DNA from: Centroscyllium fabricii | Lineage: Eukaryota | NCBI GenBank assembly: GCA_051313645.2 | Contig: JBNRSN020000032.1 | Span: 23,560,001 to 23,624,000 of the forward strand | Direction: 5' to 3' | Length of the DNA: 64,000 nt | In this document: positions 48,441-59,716 of the stretch, piece by piece | Layout: every line of letters begins with the position of its first letter | Numbering within the stretch: position 1 is the first letter of the stretch | Notes under the pieces: model-generated | The model's database searches: none | Told to the model about the DNA's origin: nothing | What the model saw: only the letters and a program-made list of their open reading frames with translations | Translations under genes and position numbers: made by a program

Positions 48441-50408
48441 TTGCAGCAAGGCAGATCATTTTCTTTCTCAGAAGAACATCAATTTATGAAAGCTGGATTT
48501 TAACAGAAAATACCAAAGTGGATCTGTGATTCTAACTCAACGCGATGGATAAGCTTTTTTTGCTTGAAATGGTCTGAACGTGGCATGTATGACTGTGAGA
48601 ACACATACTGAGACCTGAAATAAAACAAATCAGCCATTTTTACACTGTCTGTTTCAATTTATGTAACTTCATTCGCAGTTCAATTCCTTGCAGTATGATA
48701 AAGAATGTCTGAAATTGGAACTTTAAAAATAAACTTTTTTTCAATGGCTCTTGCGCTCATTTTGGAGAAGAATTGAACATGTTTCATTTTGAGCATCCAG
48801 CGTCTGCATCAAGAAGTTCCCAGTCAGGCACTGCATGGCTAGGTGCAGGGCAAGGCTCCCTCTACTCTGCACCAACAATATGCAACAATGTGAACCTCAA
48901 AAAAACACTCCTCTGATACTAGTGTGTTGTTTTCCATTTCCAATGTCAGCCACCCTGAGACCTGTCTGACTGAGTTTGTCAATTCGTGCTGTATAGGCAG
49001 CAGTTTTGTGCCTCAAGCACACACCTACTAGGAAGTGGTTTGACATTGGATCCTTACAGCCAACAAAATGATAATTCTGTTACTGAAATAATGTGGTTTT
49101 CTAACTTTTCACTTTCCTTGTATCACATCATCAAGACCAAAGCTAAAGTTGGAGCTAGGAATAACATCCTGCAAAATCTGGCTAACACAAAGTGGGGCAC
49201 TGATCCAAACATTATTAGGTACAGAACTCTGGCACTCTGTTTTTCTGCTGCCAAATATGATTGCCCAGTATGGGAATGCTCCTCAGTTCTGACAGCCTGC
49301 TGCCGTTGCTGTACCAGCTGCCTTAAACCTATCAAGGTAGACAATCTTTAGCTACTGTCGGGTATTGCAGCTCCAGACATTCAAGAGCAGCCAGATCTTA
49401 AAGCAATGGACAATCTAATGATTCTTGCCATCCACTGTTTCAATACCATTCTGCTCAGAGTAAATTGGAGACAAGAAGAGCTTGCTGTACTCTGTGAACC
49501 CACCTAACTATGGTATGGAACAGTGGAGAATTAACACTCGTGGAACAGGTCTACAAAATAAACCACATTGTCTGGATATCAAACCCGATGAGCACCTCCA
49601 AGCTGGAGCCTCTGAACCATGGCCAGTCTGTCAAAGCCTCAATCACTTATGCACTGGGACTGGTCATTCAAAAGTAATGATGCGGGAATGGGGTTACAAC
49701 AACAGTAAGGTTGTTTTTTGTGACTAGAAGCCTGTGTCCAGTGGTGTACCACAGGGATTGGTGCTAGGTCCTTTGCTGTTTGTAGTTTACATTAATGATT
49801 TAGATATGAATGTGAAAGGTATGATCAGTAAGTTTGCAGATGACACAAAAATTGGTGGGGTGGTAAATAGCGAGGAGCGAAGCCTCAGTCTGCAGGATGA
49901 TATAGATGGGTTGGTCAGATGGGCAGAACAGTGGCAAATGGAATTTAACCCTGAAAAGTGTGAGGTGATGCATTTTGGGAGGACTAACAAGGCAAGGGAA
50001 TACAGAATGAATGGTAGGACCCTAGGAAAGACAGAGGATCAGAGGGACCTTGGTGTGCATGTACATAGATCCCTTAAGGCAGCAGAACAGGTGGATAAGG
50101 TGATTAAAGAGGCATATGGGATACTTGCTTTCATTAGCCGAGGCATAGAATATAAGAGCCGGGAGGTTATGATGGAGCTTTACAAAATGCTAATAAGAGT
50201 CGACGCGTAGTTACCGAAACTAAAGGCTTTTAATTGCTAAGAACGGAGCTACTCTCCAGACGAACTACAGTACAGGAATGAAGGAGCCTCGGTCAGATCC
50301 CACCTATAACGGGGCCTCACCTGGGGGAGGAGTTGGAGGTGTGGCTGACCTGGCTCCCAACAGTGTCACAGTATACAGGGATGTGCCTAACATCTGTACA
50401 GCCCATCA

Positions 50409-53400
50409 TTAGCCATAATGGTACAGTGGTATAGTAGAATGGTTACCACATTCACCCCTTCTTAAAAACTTTGAGTCCGGGGGGGGTGAATGGGTCGAAC
50501 AGTTCACGATAAGTCTGTCCAGCGGTCGTGTCTGCCTGGAGGACCGCCGGCGCTCCGGTGTTGGTGGTGGTGCCTCCTGGGTCGAATAGCCCGCATCTGC
50601 CGGCGCTGTGACTTCAGGTGGCGGTGGGCTCGGCTGGTGCCCGCCGTCCGGGTCATAGTCGGGGAAACTCGGGGGCCATCGTGCGTCTGGTGGTTGATCG
50701 GCCTGCTGGCCGGCCGGGGGCTCTGCGGTGGTGCTTCCTGCGGGAGCGAGGTCCCTGATGGACACGGTGTTCTCACGCCCGTCCGGGTACCGCACGAAGG
50801 CGTAGTGCGGGTTCGCATGTAGGAGCTGTACCTTGTCCACCAGGGGGTCTGTCTTGTGGCTCCGGACGTGCCTTCTAAGCAAAACCGGCCCCGGAGTCGT
50901 CAGCAATGGAGGGAGAGCTGTCCCCGAAGTCGACCTCCTGTTAAAAGAGAAAATCAGATCGCGCGGGGTGGCGTTAGTGGCAGTACATAACAGAGAGCGA
51001 ATAGAGTGCAGCGCGTCTGGGAGGACTGCCTGCCAATGGGACACTGGAAGGCCTCTGGACTTGAGAGCCAGGGTGACCGCCTTCCAGATAATCCCATTCT
51101 CCCTTTCTACCTGGCCGTTCCCCCGGGGGTTATAACTGGTCGTTCTGCTCGTGGCAACCCCTCTCTTGAGCAGAAACTGGCGCAGTTCATCGCTCATGAA
51201 CGATGACCCCCGGTCGCTATGGATGTAGCTGGGGAGACCGAAAATGGCGAACAGCGTGGTGAAGTGTTTGATCACCGTTGCGCTCATCATGTCTGGGCAG
51301 GGGAAGGCGAAGGGGAAGCGGGAGAACTCAACCACTACCGTGAGGAAGTATGAGTTGCGGTCGGTGGAAGGGAGGGGGCCTTTGAAGTCCACGCTGAGAC
51401 GTTCAAAGGGGCGGGTGGCCTTAATGAGGTGCGCCGTGTCTGGCCGGAAAAAATGGGGTTTGCACTCGGCGCAGACAGGGCACTCTCGGGTCATAGCCTT
51501 GATCTCCGTGATGGAGTAGGGGAGGCTACGGGATTTAACGAAATGGGCGAGTCTGGTGACACCCGGGTGGCAGAGGCGGTCGTGGAGGTCTTTCAGCCGG
51601 TCTAGCTGGGCACTGGCGCAGGGTCCCCTGGACAGTGCGTCCGGGGGTTCGTTGAGCTTGCCTGGTCGGTAAAGAATGTCGTACTCGTAAGTCGAGAGCT
51701 CGATCCGCCACCGCAGGATCTTATCATACTTGATTTTACCCCGTTGTTTATTATTAAACATAAACGCCACCGACCGTTGGTCGGTGAGCAGGGTAAAACG
51801 CTTACCGGCCAGGTAATGACGCCAGTAGCGCATGGCCTCCACGATGGCCTGGGCCTCCTTTTCCACTGCTGAGTGGCGAGTTTCGGGTCCCTGTAAGGTG
51901 CGGGAGAAAAACGCTACGGGCCTGCCTGCCTGATTCAGGGTGGCAGCAAGGGCAAAGTCCGAAGCGTCGCTCTCCACCTGGAAAGGGATGGATTCATCAA
52001 CAGCGAGCATGGTCGCCTTGATAATATCTTCCTTTATCCTTGCGAATGCCATTTGGGCTTCTACAGAAAGGGGGAAGACGGCAGCCTTGAGGAGTGGTCT
52101 AGCCTTATCTGCGAACTGTGGGACCAATTGTGCATAATGGGAGAAAAATCCTAGGCATCTCCTCAAGGCTTTGGGGTTGTGAGGTAGGGGCAGTTCCTGT
52201 AAAGGGCGCATACGCTGTGGGTCGGGGCCGAGGAGCCCGTTCTCCACCACGTATCCGAGGATGGCAAGCCGGGCTGTATTAAAGACACATTTGTCCTTGT
52301 TATATGTAAGGTCCAGCTTGTCCGCCGTGGCGAGGAATTTGGCCAGATTGGCATCGTGGTCCTGCTGGTCGTGGCCGCAGATGGTCACGTTGTCCAGGTA
52401 AGGGAAAGTGGCCTGCAAGTCGTTTTGGTCAACCATACGGTCCATCTCCCGTTGGAACACTGACACTCCGTTGGTCACGCCAAAGGGGACCCGGAGGAAG
52501 TGGTAGAGCCGACCGTTCGCCTCGAAGGCGGTGTAGGGGCGGTCGGCTTTCCGAATCGGGAGCTGATGATACGCCAATTTAAGGTCGATCGTAGAGAACA
52601 CCTTGTACTGGGCGATCTGATTGACCATTTCCGAGATGCGGGGGAGGGGGTAGGCGTCGAGCCCGGTGTAGCGGTTGATAGTCTGGCTGTAATCGATAAC
52701 CAGCCACTGTTTTTCGCCAGACTTCACCACTACAACTTGGGCGCGCCAGGGGCTGGTGCTGGCTTCAATTATCCCCTCCTTCAGAATCCGCCCGACCTCC
52801 GACCTGATAAACGTGCGATCCCCCTCACTGTACCGCCGACTCTTAGTGGCAATGGGTTTGCACTTCGGATCGAGGTTGGCGAACAGCGAGTGGGGGTCGA
52901 TTCTCAGGGTGGAGAGGCCGCAGGCCGGGCTCCGCTTTGGGGGGAGATTGTCCCGGCTACTGACGGTGAGGGGTGGTAAGGTCCCGCCGAACTCCATTGT
53001 CACGCTCCTGAAGTGGCACTGGAAATCCAAACCTAGTAAGGCTGGGGTACACAGCTGTTGGAGGGTATACAATTTTAAATTACGGTACACGCGCCCCTTG
53101 ACGGTGAGCGTGACGGAGCAGTAGCCGGTGACGTCCGCGGTGTGGGACTGTGAAGCTAGGAAGACTTGGTAGTTGGTGGGCAGGACCTGCAGTCCGCAGC
53201 GCGGCACTGTATCAGGGTGAATGAAACTCTCAGTGCTGCCTGTGTCGAAAAGGCAGTCGACAGTATGATTATTAATGGTAATCAGCATTATGGAGTTAGA
53301 CAGGGTATGGGGCCTGCCCTGGCTAACTCGGACTCTGGCTGCCGCAGCCCCTGCTGATCGGGGCTGTGCACAAGATGGCGGCGCCCCTGGCTCGCACATG

Positions 53401-54605
53401 GAGGGGCCCTGGATACAAGATGGCGGCGCCCCTGGCTCGCACATGGAGGGGCCCTGGATATAAGATGGCGTCGCCCCTGGCTCGCACATGGAGGGGCTCT
53501 GGTTACAAAATGGTGTTTCCGAGGGTACGCACACGGTGGGGCCCTGTGAACGCGCTGGCGGCACCCGTGATTCGCATGCAGCGGACCGCGGTGATCGGGT
53601 TGGCGGTGCCCATGATTCGCACGCAGCGGGCCGCGGTGGTCGGGTTGGCGGTGCCCGTGATTCGCACGCAGCCGGCCGCGTTGGGGGGTCACGCTTGGCC
53701 GGCCTTTGCCGCATCGGGGTGGGGGATGGGGGCGCTTGTTGTCTACCCCCGTACTGTCGCTGGATCGTGCTACTATTGCAGCTTACCTGGTGTCTGTCGG
53801 TGCTCTCACAGGCTGCACTGTTGTACCTTGAGTTGGGGGCTGCTGGAGCTGATCTGCAGGCTTTAGCGTAGTGTCCCTTCTTTGCACATTTCTCGCAGGT
53901 CGCTGTCCTGGCTGGGCATTTCGCTCTAGGGTGCAGTCCCTGGCTGCAGAAGTAGCAGCGTTTGTCTTTAGTGTCTTTAGTGGCCGTCGCGGCCATCGTG
54001 GGGGCCTCGGCCCGTGGCGCCCAGGCCTGGGCCTGTTGTGGCGCGGCCCATATGTTGTAGGCTTGCGGGTTAGTGCCGCTGTACGCCTGTAACTTGCTTC
54101 GGGCCCCCTCTACTGATTTGGCTATCTTAGTCGCCTCCTCGAGGGATAATTCGTCTTTCTCTAGTAGCCGCTGGCGGGCTTCCACACACCTCAGTCCTGT
54201 AACATAAGCGTCCCGAACGAGGAGTTCTTCCTCCTCTTCAACTGTTGTGCCTTTGCAGCCACAGACCCGTACCAGGGCCAGGAGCGCTTGCTCGAACTCC
54301 TCATTGGACTCACCCGGTAGCTGAGATCTGGTCGCCAGCACATGTCGGGCGTAGACTGAATGGACCGGGCGCTCGTAACATTTCTTCAGAATTTGTACAG
54401 TCGCTACGTAGGTTGAGGCGTTCCTGATGAGGGTGAATACCCTGCTGGAGATCCTCGATCGTAGGACATGCAGCTTGTCTGATGTAGCCTTGGCGGCGTC
54501 CATGTAGGCCTCCAGGAGGCCGAACCAGTGTTCGTAGGTGGCGGCAGCGCCAGGGTCCTGGGGACTGATGTCCAGCTTCTGAGGTTTAACTGTGCTGCTC
54601 TCCAT
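50409..54605 (-). CDS. Gag-Pol polyprotein (Gag, 2 Zn knuckles, protease, RT, RNase H, integrase), 1398 aa
   Basis: CYFC..HPRAKC, CEKCAKKGHYAKAC, LFDTGS, VPFG, YLDN, SDASD, HHCC, SVDFKG / HSDRG / QVER; reads into the 3' LTR. Confidence 0.95.
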   Translation of the reverse strand: MESSTVKPQKLDISPQDPGAAATYEHWFGLLEAYMDAAKATSDKLHVLRSRISSRVFTLIRNASTYVATVQILKKCYERPVHSVYARHVLATRSQLPGESNEEFEQALLALVRVCGCKGTTVEEEEELLVRDAYVTGLRCVEARQRLLEKDELSLEEATKIAKSVEGARSKLQAYSGTNPQAYNIWAAPQQAQAWAPRAEAPTMAATATKDTKDKRCYFCSQGLHPRAKCPARTATCEKCAKKGHYAKACRSAPAAPNSRYNSAACESTDRHQVSCNSSTIQRQYGGRQQAPPSPTPMRQRPAKRDPPTRPAACESRAPPTRPPRPAACESWAPPTRSPRSAACESRVPPARSQGPTVCVPSETPFCNQSPSMCEPGATPSYIQGPSMCEPGAPPSCIQGPSMCEPGAPPSCAQPRSAGAAAARVRVSQGRPHTLSNSIMLITINNHTVDCLFDTGSTESFIHPDTVPRCGLQVLPTNYQVFLASQSHTADVTGYCSVTLTVKGRVYRNLKLYTLQQLCTPALLGLDFQCHFRSVTMEFGGTLPPLTVSSRDNLPPKRSPACGLSTLRIDPHSLFANLDPKCKPIATKSRRYSEGDRTFIRSEVGRILKEGIIEASTSPWRAQVVVVKSGEKQWLVIDYSQTINRYTGLDAYPLPRISEMVNQIAQYKVFSTIDLKLAYHQLPIRKADRPYTAFEANGRLYHFLRVPFGVTNGVSVFQREMDRMVDQNDLQATFPYLDNVTICGHDQQDHDANLAKFLATADKLDLTYNKDKCVFNTARLAILGYVVENGLLGPDPQRMRPLQELPLPHNPKALRRCLGFFSHYAQLVPQFADKARPLLKAAVFPLSVEAQMAFARIKEDIIKATMLAVDESIPFQVESDASDFALAATLNQAGRPVAFFSRTLQGPETRHSAVEKEAQAIVEAMRYWRHYLAGKRFTLLTDQRSVAFMFNNKQRGKIKYDKILRWRIELSTYEYDILYRPGKLNEPPDALSRGPCASAQLDRLKDLHDRLCHPGVTRLAHFVKSRSLPYSITEIKAMTRECPVCAECKPHFFRPDTAHLIKATRPFERLSVDFKGPLPSTDRNSYFLTVVVEFSRFPFAFPCPDMMSATVIKHFTTLFAIFGLPSYIHSDRGSSFMSDELRQFLLKRGVATSRTTSYNPRGNGQVERENGIIWKAVTLALKSRGLPVSHWQAVLPDALHSIRSLLCTATNATPRDLIFSFNRRSTSGTALPPLLTTPGPVLLRRHVRSHKTDPLVDKVQLLHANPHYAFVRYPDGRENTVSIRDLAPAGSTTAEPPAGQQADQPPDARWPPSFPDYDPDGGHQPSPPPPEVTAPADAGYSTQEAPPPTPERRRSSRQTRPLDRLIVNCSTHSPPPDSKFLRRGECGNHSTIPLYHYG
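53365..53690 (-). repeat. 45-bp coding tandem repeat in gag-protease linker
   Basis: MCEPGAPPSC and AACESRAPP units; CAAGATGGCGGCGCC. Confidence 0.85.
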
Positions 54606-55803
54606 TTTAAAATAATTAGCAATTAAAATTGACGTATCGTCAATATCTTCGATTAAAAGAGTCGACGCGTAGTTACCGAAACTAAAGGCTTTTAATTGCT
54701 AAGAACGGAGCTACTCTCCAGACGAACTACAGTACAGGAATGAAGGAGCCTCGGTCAGATCCCACCTATAACGGGGCCTCACCTGGGGGAGGAGTTGGAG
54801 GTGTGGCTGACCTGGCTCCCAACAGTGTCACAGTATACAGGGCTGTGCCTAACATCTGCACAGCCCATCATTAGCCATAATGGTACAGTGGTATAGTAGA
54901 ATGGTTTGATTGCTTTGGAGAGCGTTTCAGCTATGAAGAGAGACTGGACAGGCTGGGGTGTTTTCCTTGGAGCAGAGAAGGCTGAGTGGGGACCTGATTG
55001 AGGTGTTCAAAATGATGAGGGGCATAGATAGGGTAGATAGAAAGGAACTTTTCCCCTTGGTAGAGGGGTCAATAACCAGAGGGCATAGTTTCAAGGTAAG
55101 GGGTGGGATGTTTAGAGGGGATTTGAGGAAGAACTTTTTCACCCAGAGGGTGGTTGGAATCTGGAATTCACTGCCTGAAAGGGTGGTAGAGGCAGGAACT
55201 ATCACAATATTCAAGAAGCATTTAGATGAGCACTTGAAATGCCATAGCATACAAGGCTACGAACCAAGTGCTGGAAAATGGGATTAGATTAGAGAGGGTT
55301 TGATGGCCGGCGCGGACATGATGGGCCGAAGGACTTCTTTCTGTGCTGTATAACTCTGTGATTCTGTAACTCAGTGATGTGTGACTGTGGTGATGAGTCG
55401 CACACGATGGACCATCTGCTTCACTGCCAACTATTGTCTGAGTCCACTAATGCCACTGCTCTCGCCGAATACAATTATAATGCCAAGGCATGTGTAGCCA
55501 TGTGGCAGAGAAGAATGTGAAGCAACAATATGACAATGACTTTCATTGTATTATATAGTGTGGCGGCACGCCCACTGAGACATCGAATCCGCCACGGGGA
55601 CTCCGCGGAGCAAAGCCCCGCTCATCCGGGCGACGCGACGACGTCACCACGTCGGCCGACGCGATGACGTCACCAACCGCGGGACTGTTTAAATACGCTT
55701 GTTGCGAGTGGTTCACTCTCTTTCTTGTTTTACTTAGTGTAATAAAGCTGTGTTTTCTCTAGCTCTGGCTCACGTGTGGTTCCTAGGCCTGCCGGCGCTA
55801 CAG

Positions 55804-55815
55804 TGGTGACCCCGA
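55804..55815 (+). promoter_or_regulatory. Primer-binding site complementary to tRNA-Trp 3' end
   Basis: TGGTGACCCCGA 1 nt after the LTR CA; vertebrate tRNA-Trp ends ...UCGGGGUCACCA. Confidence 0.85.
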
Positions 55816-55890
55816 ACTGGAACGACTTCCAGAGAAGAAAAGCTGCTGCAGGATCTGGGACCACCAGCCAAAGAAATTTTTTAAGAAAAC

Positions 55891-58800
55891 ATGGTAAACC
55901 CAAGGAACCAAGCTCCACGAACGCAGGGAGCTGACCAGAACGCCGGATGTGGACTAACTCTACCCGAGTTCTGGGAGCAACGGCCAGCGGCCTGGTTCAT
56001 GTGCATTGAGACCAGCTGCCGCACACATGGCATTCACGGGGACGACCGCTACAACCTGGTGTTCTCAGCCCTACCACAGACGACGATCGATCAGATGTGG
56101 TCAAAAATACAGCGTGTGCCCATCGCAGGCAGGTATGAAGCACGTAAGGCCTCCCTTATAAAAAAATTTACCCCCTCCCAATTTGAGCGCGACTGCCAGC
56201 TCCTCGACCTCCCCGAACTCGGGGACCTAGACCCATCGGAACTCTTAGGTCAGATGCAAGCGCTCACACCCAACCCGGCCTCCCTCTTCCGCACCGTCTT
56301 CCTCCTTAAACTGCCCCGCGCCATCAGACCGGCCTTGGCGGCCCTTGGCCATTGGAGCGATGACGAGCTCGGAGAGGAAGCCGACAGGCTCATGGAGGCG
56401 CAGCGCACCCGCTCAACCACGTGCGACCCTAACTCCGCATCGGTAGAGCGCAGCCAATCATCCCCAGGCATAACTTTACGCCTGAACCTAGGGCCCCGCG
56501 CCCACCTAGGCAACCGCGTCCCTCTAGCATCGGCTGGTGCTACTACCACACGCGGTTCGACCACAAAGCGCACCGCTGCGTCCAGCCATGCGCATTCAAG
56601 CCACGGCCCAACACAGCCCCCACCATGTCTGTAGGCCACACAGGAGCACTGCTCTTTGCCACAGACAGCGGCACAGGCCTCAGGTTCCTCTGCGACACAG
56701 GCGCGCAGCACAGCATCGTGCCAGCCTCCCCCGCAGAAACCAAACAAGGCACCCGGGGCCCGCCACTAGCGGCGGCCAACGGCTCTAATATAAAAACGTA
56801 CGGCACCCGCAAGCTGACAATTACCCTTGCAAGCCACGCGTACACCTGGGATTTTGTAATGGCCCAGGTCACTTCACCCCTCCTCGGGGCAGACTTCCTC
56901 TGCGCATACGGCCTACTGGTCGACGTAACCCGGCGCCGCTTGGTCAACATAAATACCATGACGACCATCCCATGCTCCACAGGGCCCGCACTCCTGGCCC
57001 ACGCGGCAGCCCAATGCCGCTCCCGGGACTCCGATGCCTACGGCACACTCCTGGCAGAGTTCCCCGCCCTAACCAACCCCACGTTCACCGCCCGCCAGGC
57101 CAAACACGGGGTGGAGCATTTTATTATGACCACAGGCCCTCCCGTCCATGCCCACGCCCGTAGGCTCGACCCGGCCAAGCAGGAGATCGCGCTACCGAGT
57201 TCCGCACCATGGAGCAACTCGGTATAATCCGTCGCTCCAGCAGCTCCTGGTCCTCTCTGCTCCATATAGCCCCCAAGCCCGACGGAGGTTGGCGCCCCTG
57301 CGGCGACTACCGCCGCCTTAACAACGCCACTACCCCGGATAGGTACACCGTACCCCACATCCAGGATTTTTCCGCCAGATTAGCGGGCTGTACGATCTTT
57401 TCCAAGATCGACCTGGTGCGTGGCTACCACCAGGTGCCCGTACACCCGGCGGACATTCCCAAAACGGCCGTTATTACCCCCTTCGGGCTCTTCGAGTTCC
57501 TTAGGATGCCCTTCGGCCTTAAAAGCGCGGCCCAGGCCTTCCAGCGCCTCATGGACTCAGTCCTACGGGACTTGAAGTTCATCTTCGTCTATTTAGACGA
57601 CATCCTCGTGGCCAGCACCTCCCCTCAGGAACACCTCCTGCACCTCAGGATCCTGTTCCAGCGCCTTACCGAACACGGCCTTATCTTAAGCCCCACCAAG
57701 TGCAAATTCGGCCTCGAGACTATTGACTTCCTCGGCCACTGCATTTCCCAAACAGGGGCCATACCCCTGCCCTCCAAGGTGCAGGCGGTACAGGAATTCC
57801 CCCGCCCGCACTCCATTAAAGGGCTGCAGGAATTCTTAGGCATGGTTAATTTTTATAACCGCTTTATCCCGGGAGCAGCCGCTCTCATGGCCCCCTTATA
57901 CCAGGCCACCCGCGGGCAGTCCAACAAGGCTGCGGTCGAGTGGACGGCCGACGCCGCCACCGCCTTCACCGCAACTAAAACCGCCCTGGCAAACGCCACC
58001 CTCCTAGCCCACCCTAGGCCCAACGCCAGAGTAGCCCTCACCACCGACGCCTCCGACCATGCGGTCGGGGCCATATTTGAGCAGTGGACCGGCAACTCGT
58101 GGCAGCCCCTGGCCTTTTTCAGCCGGCAACTCCGGCCCCCAGAGGTTAAATACAGCGCCTTCGATAGGGAGCTACTCGCTCTCCATCTGGCAGTGCGACA
58201 CTTTCGTTTCCTCTTGGAGGGCCGCCACTTCACAGCCTTCAGCGACCATAAGCCACTCACGTTTGCGATGGCTAAGGTCGCTGAACCCTGGTCGGCCAGG
58301 CAGCAGCGCCAACTCGCGGCCGTGTCGGAATTTACAACCGACATCCAGCACATTTCCGGCCGCGACAACGTGGTCGCTGACTGCCTCTCACGCCCCACCA
58401 TTAACGCCGCCCAAATGGCGGTCGATTACGCCCAGCTGGCCGCGGACCAGCTGGCCGACCCCGACCTGCTCAACGCAGCAACCAATCTCCCCGGCCTCCA
58501 CTTGGCCAATATCGTGCACGGCCCCGCCACCACCGTCGTCTGCTGCGACGTATCCTTGCCGCAACCCAGGCCAGTCGTACCCCACGCTTGGAGGCGACAC
58601 ATATTTAGGACCCTCCATGACCTGTCCCACCCCGGCGCCCGCGCGTCCATCAAATTAATCTCGGCCCGATTCGTATGGCGCGGCCTGCGCAAGGAATTCC
58701 GCGCCTGGGCCAGCTCCTGCATAGCCTGCCAGCGCTCCAAAGTGCATAAGCACATTAGGGCACCGCTGGAAACTTTTAAAGTGCCGGCCAGACGCTTTGA

Positions 58801-59716
58801 CCACGTTCATATCGATCTCGTCGGGCCACTACCGCCATCCCGGGGCCACACGCACCTAATGACCATGGTCGACCGCAACACTCGCTGGCCAGAAGCAGTC
58901 CCCCTCACCGCCACCGGCACCACGGACTTGGCCAGGGCGTTCATCGCCACCTGGGTCGCCCGCTTCGGCGTGCCCACAGACATCACCTCCGACAGAGGAC
59001 CCCAGTTTACGTCGGCATTATGGGCGGCCATCGCCCGCAACCTTGGGGTGACACTACACCGAACCACCGCATACCACCCACAGGCGAACGGCCTATGCGA
59101 ACGGTTCCACCGCTCCATGAAGGCATCACTACGAGCCACACTAAAAGACGCATCGTGGACCGACCGCCTTCCATGGGTTCTCCTCGGGCTGCGCTCGGCA
59201 GTCAAAGAAGACCTAAATGCCTCGGCAGCGGAGCTCGTCTACGGCCAAACTTTAACGGTGCCGGGCGAGTTCCTGGCTGAGCCCAACGCTCCCTGGTCAG
59301 CCGACCAGTATTTAAAAGACTTCGCCAACCCGGCACGAGCTTTACAGCCACTACCAGTGGCCCAGCACGGAGAGCCGGCAGCTCGGGTGCCGGACAATAT
59401 TAAAAACTCGAAATTCGTGTTCGTCCGGCGCGACGGACACCGATCTCCACTACAGCCACCGTACGATGGCCCCTACAGAGTGCTTCGGGCGGGAGCTAAA
59501 GCTTTTGAATTACAAATGGGCAACAGGACTGACACTGTGACAATAGACCGGCTCAAGCCGGCGCACGTTATAGCGGGTGAGACAACGGTCCCCGCACAAC
59601 CACCACGACGCGGTCGCCCTCCCGCAACAAAACCCGCCCACACTCCACCGCAGAACCAGGAGCAACAGACAACACGGTCCGGCCGCATCATCCGGCCACC
59701 CCAACGGCACACATAG
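55891..59716 (+). pseudogene. gag-pol with two frameshifts (~56400-56470 and ~57195)
   Basis: Gag LPEFW...WF; CYYHTRFDHKAHRCVQPC in frame with protease LCDTGA; 835-aa RT (YLDD)-RNase H-IN with GPY motif. Confidence 0.9.

Larger units (their letters stand above)
50195..54906 (-). mobile_element. Young Ty3/Gypsy LTR retrotransposon with trimmed termini, no tRNA PBS
   Basis: LTRs 50195-50450 and 54630-54906 (two differences seen in the shared part); PPT AAGAAGGGGTGAA; single open ORF. Confidence 0.95.
49706..55369 (+). mobile_element. 5'-truncated CR1 in two parts (49706-50194 and 54907-55369)
   Basis: SGVPQGLVLGP, SKFADDTK; FSLEQRRLSGDLIEV; 3' stem-loop and tail. Confidence 0.9.
49120..55540 (+). 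mobile_element. Vingi/Ingi-like LINE remnant in two parts (49120-49705 and 55370-55540)
   Basis: KAKVGARNNILQNLANTKWG...ALCFSAAKYDCPVW; LNHLCTGTG; resumes with CDCG...TMDHLLHC zinc knuckle. Confidence 0.7.

Noticed and set aside
50409-50470. env-like or extra domain at the end of the 1398-aa ORF
   Set aside because: Only a short read-through into the PPT and LTR; the related element stops before the PPT
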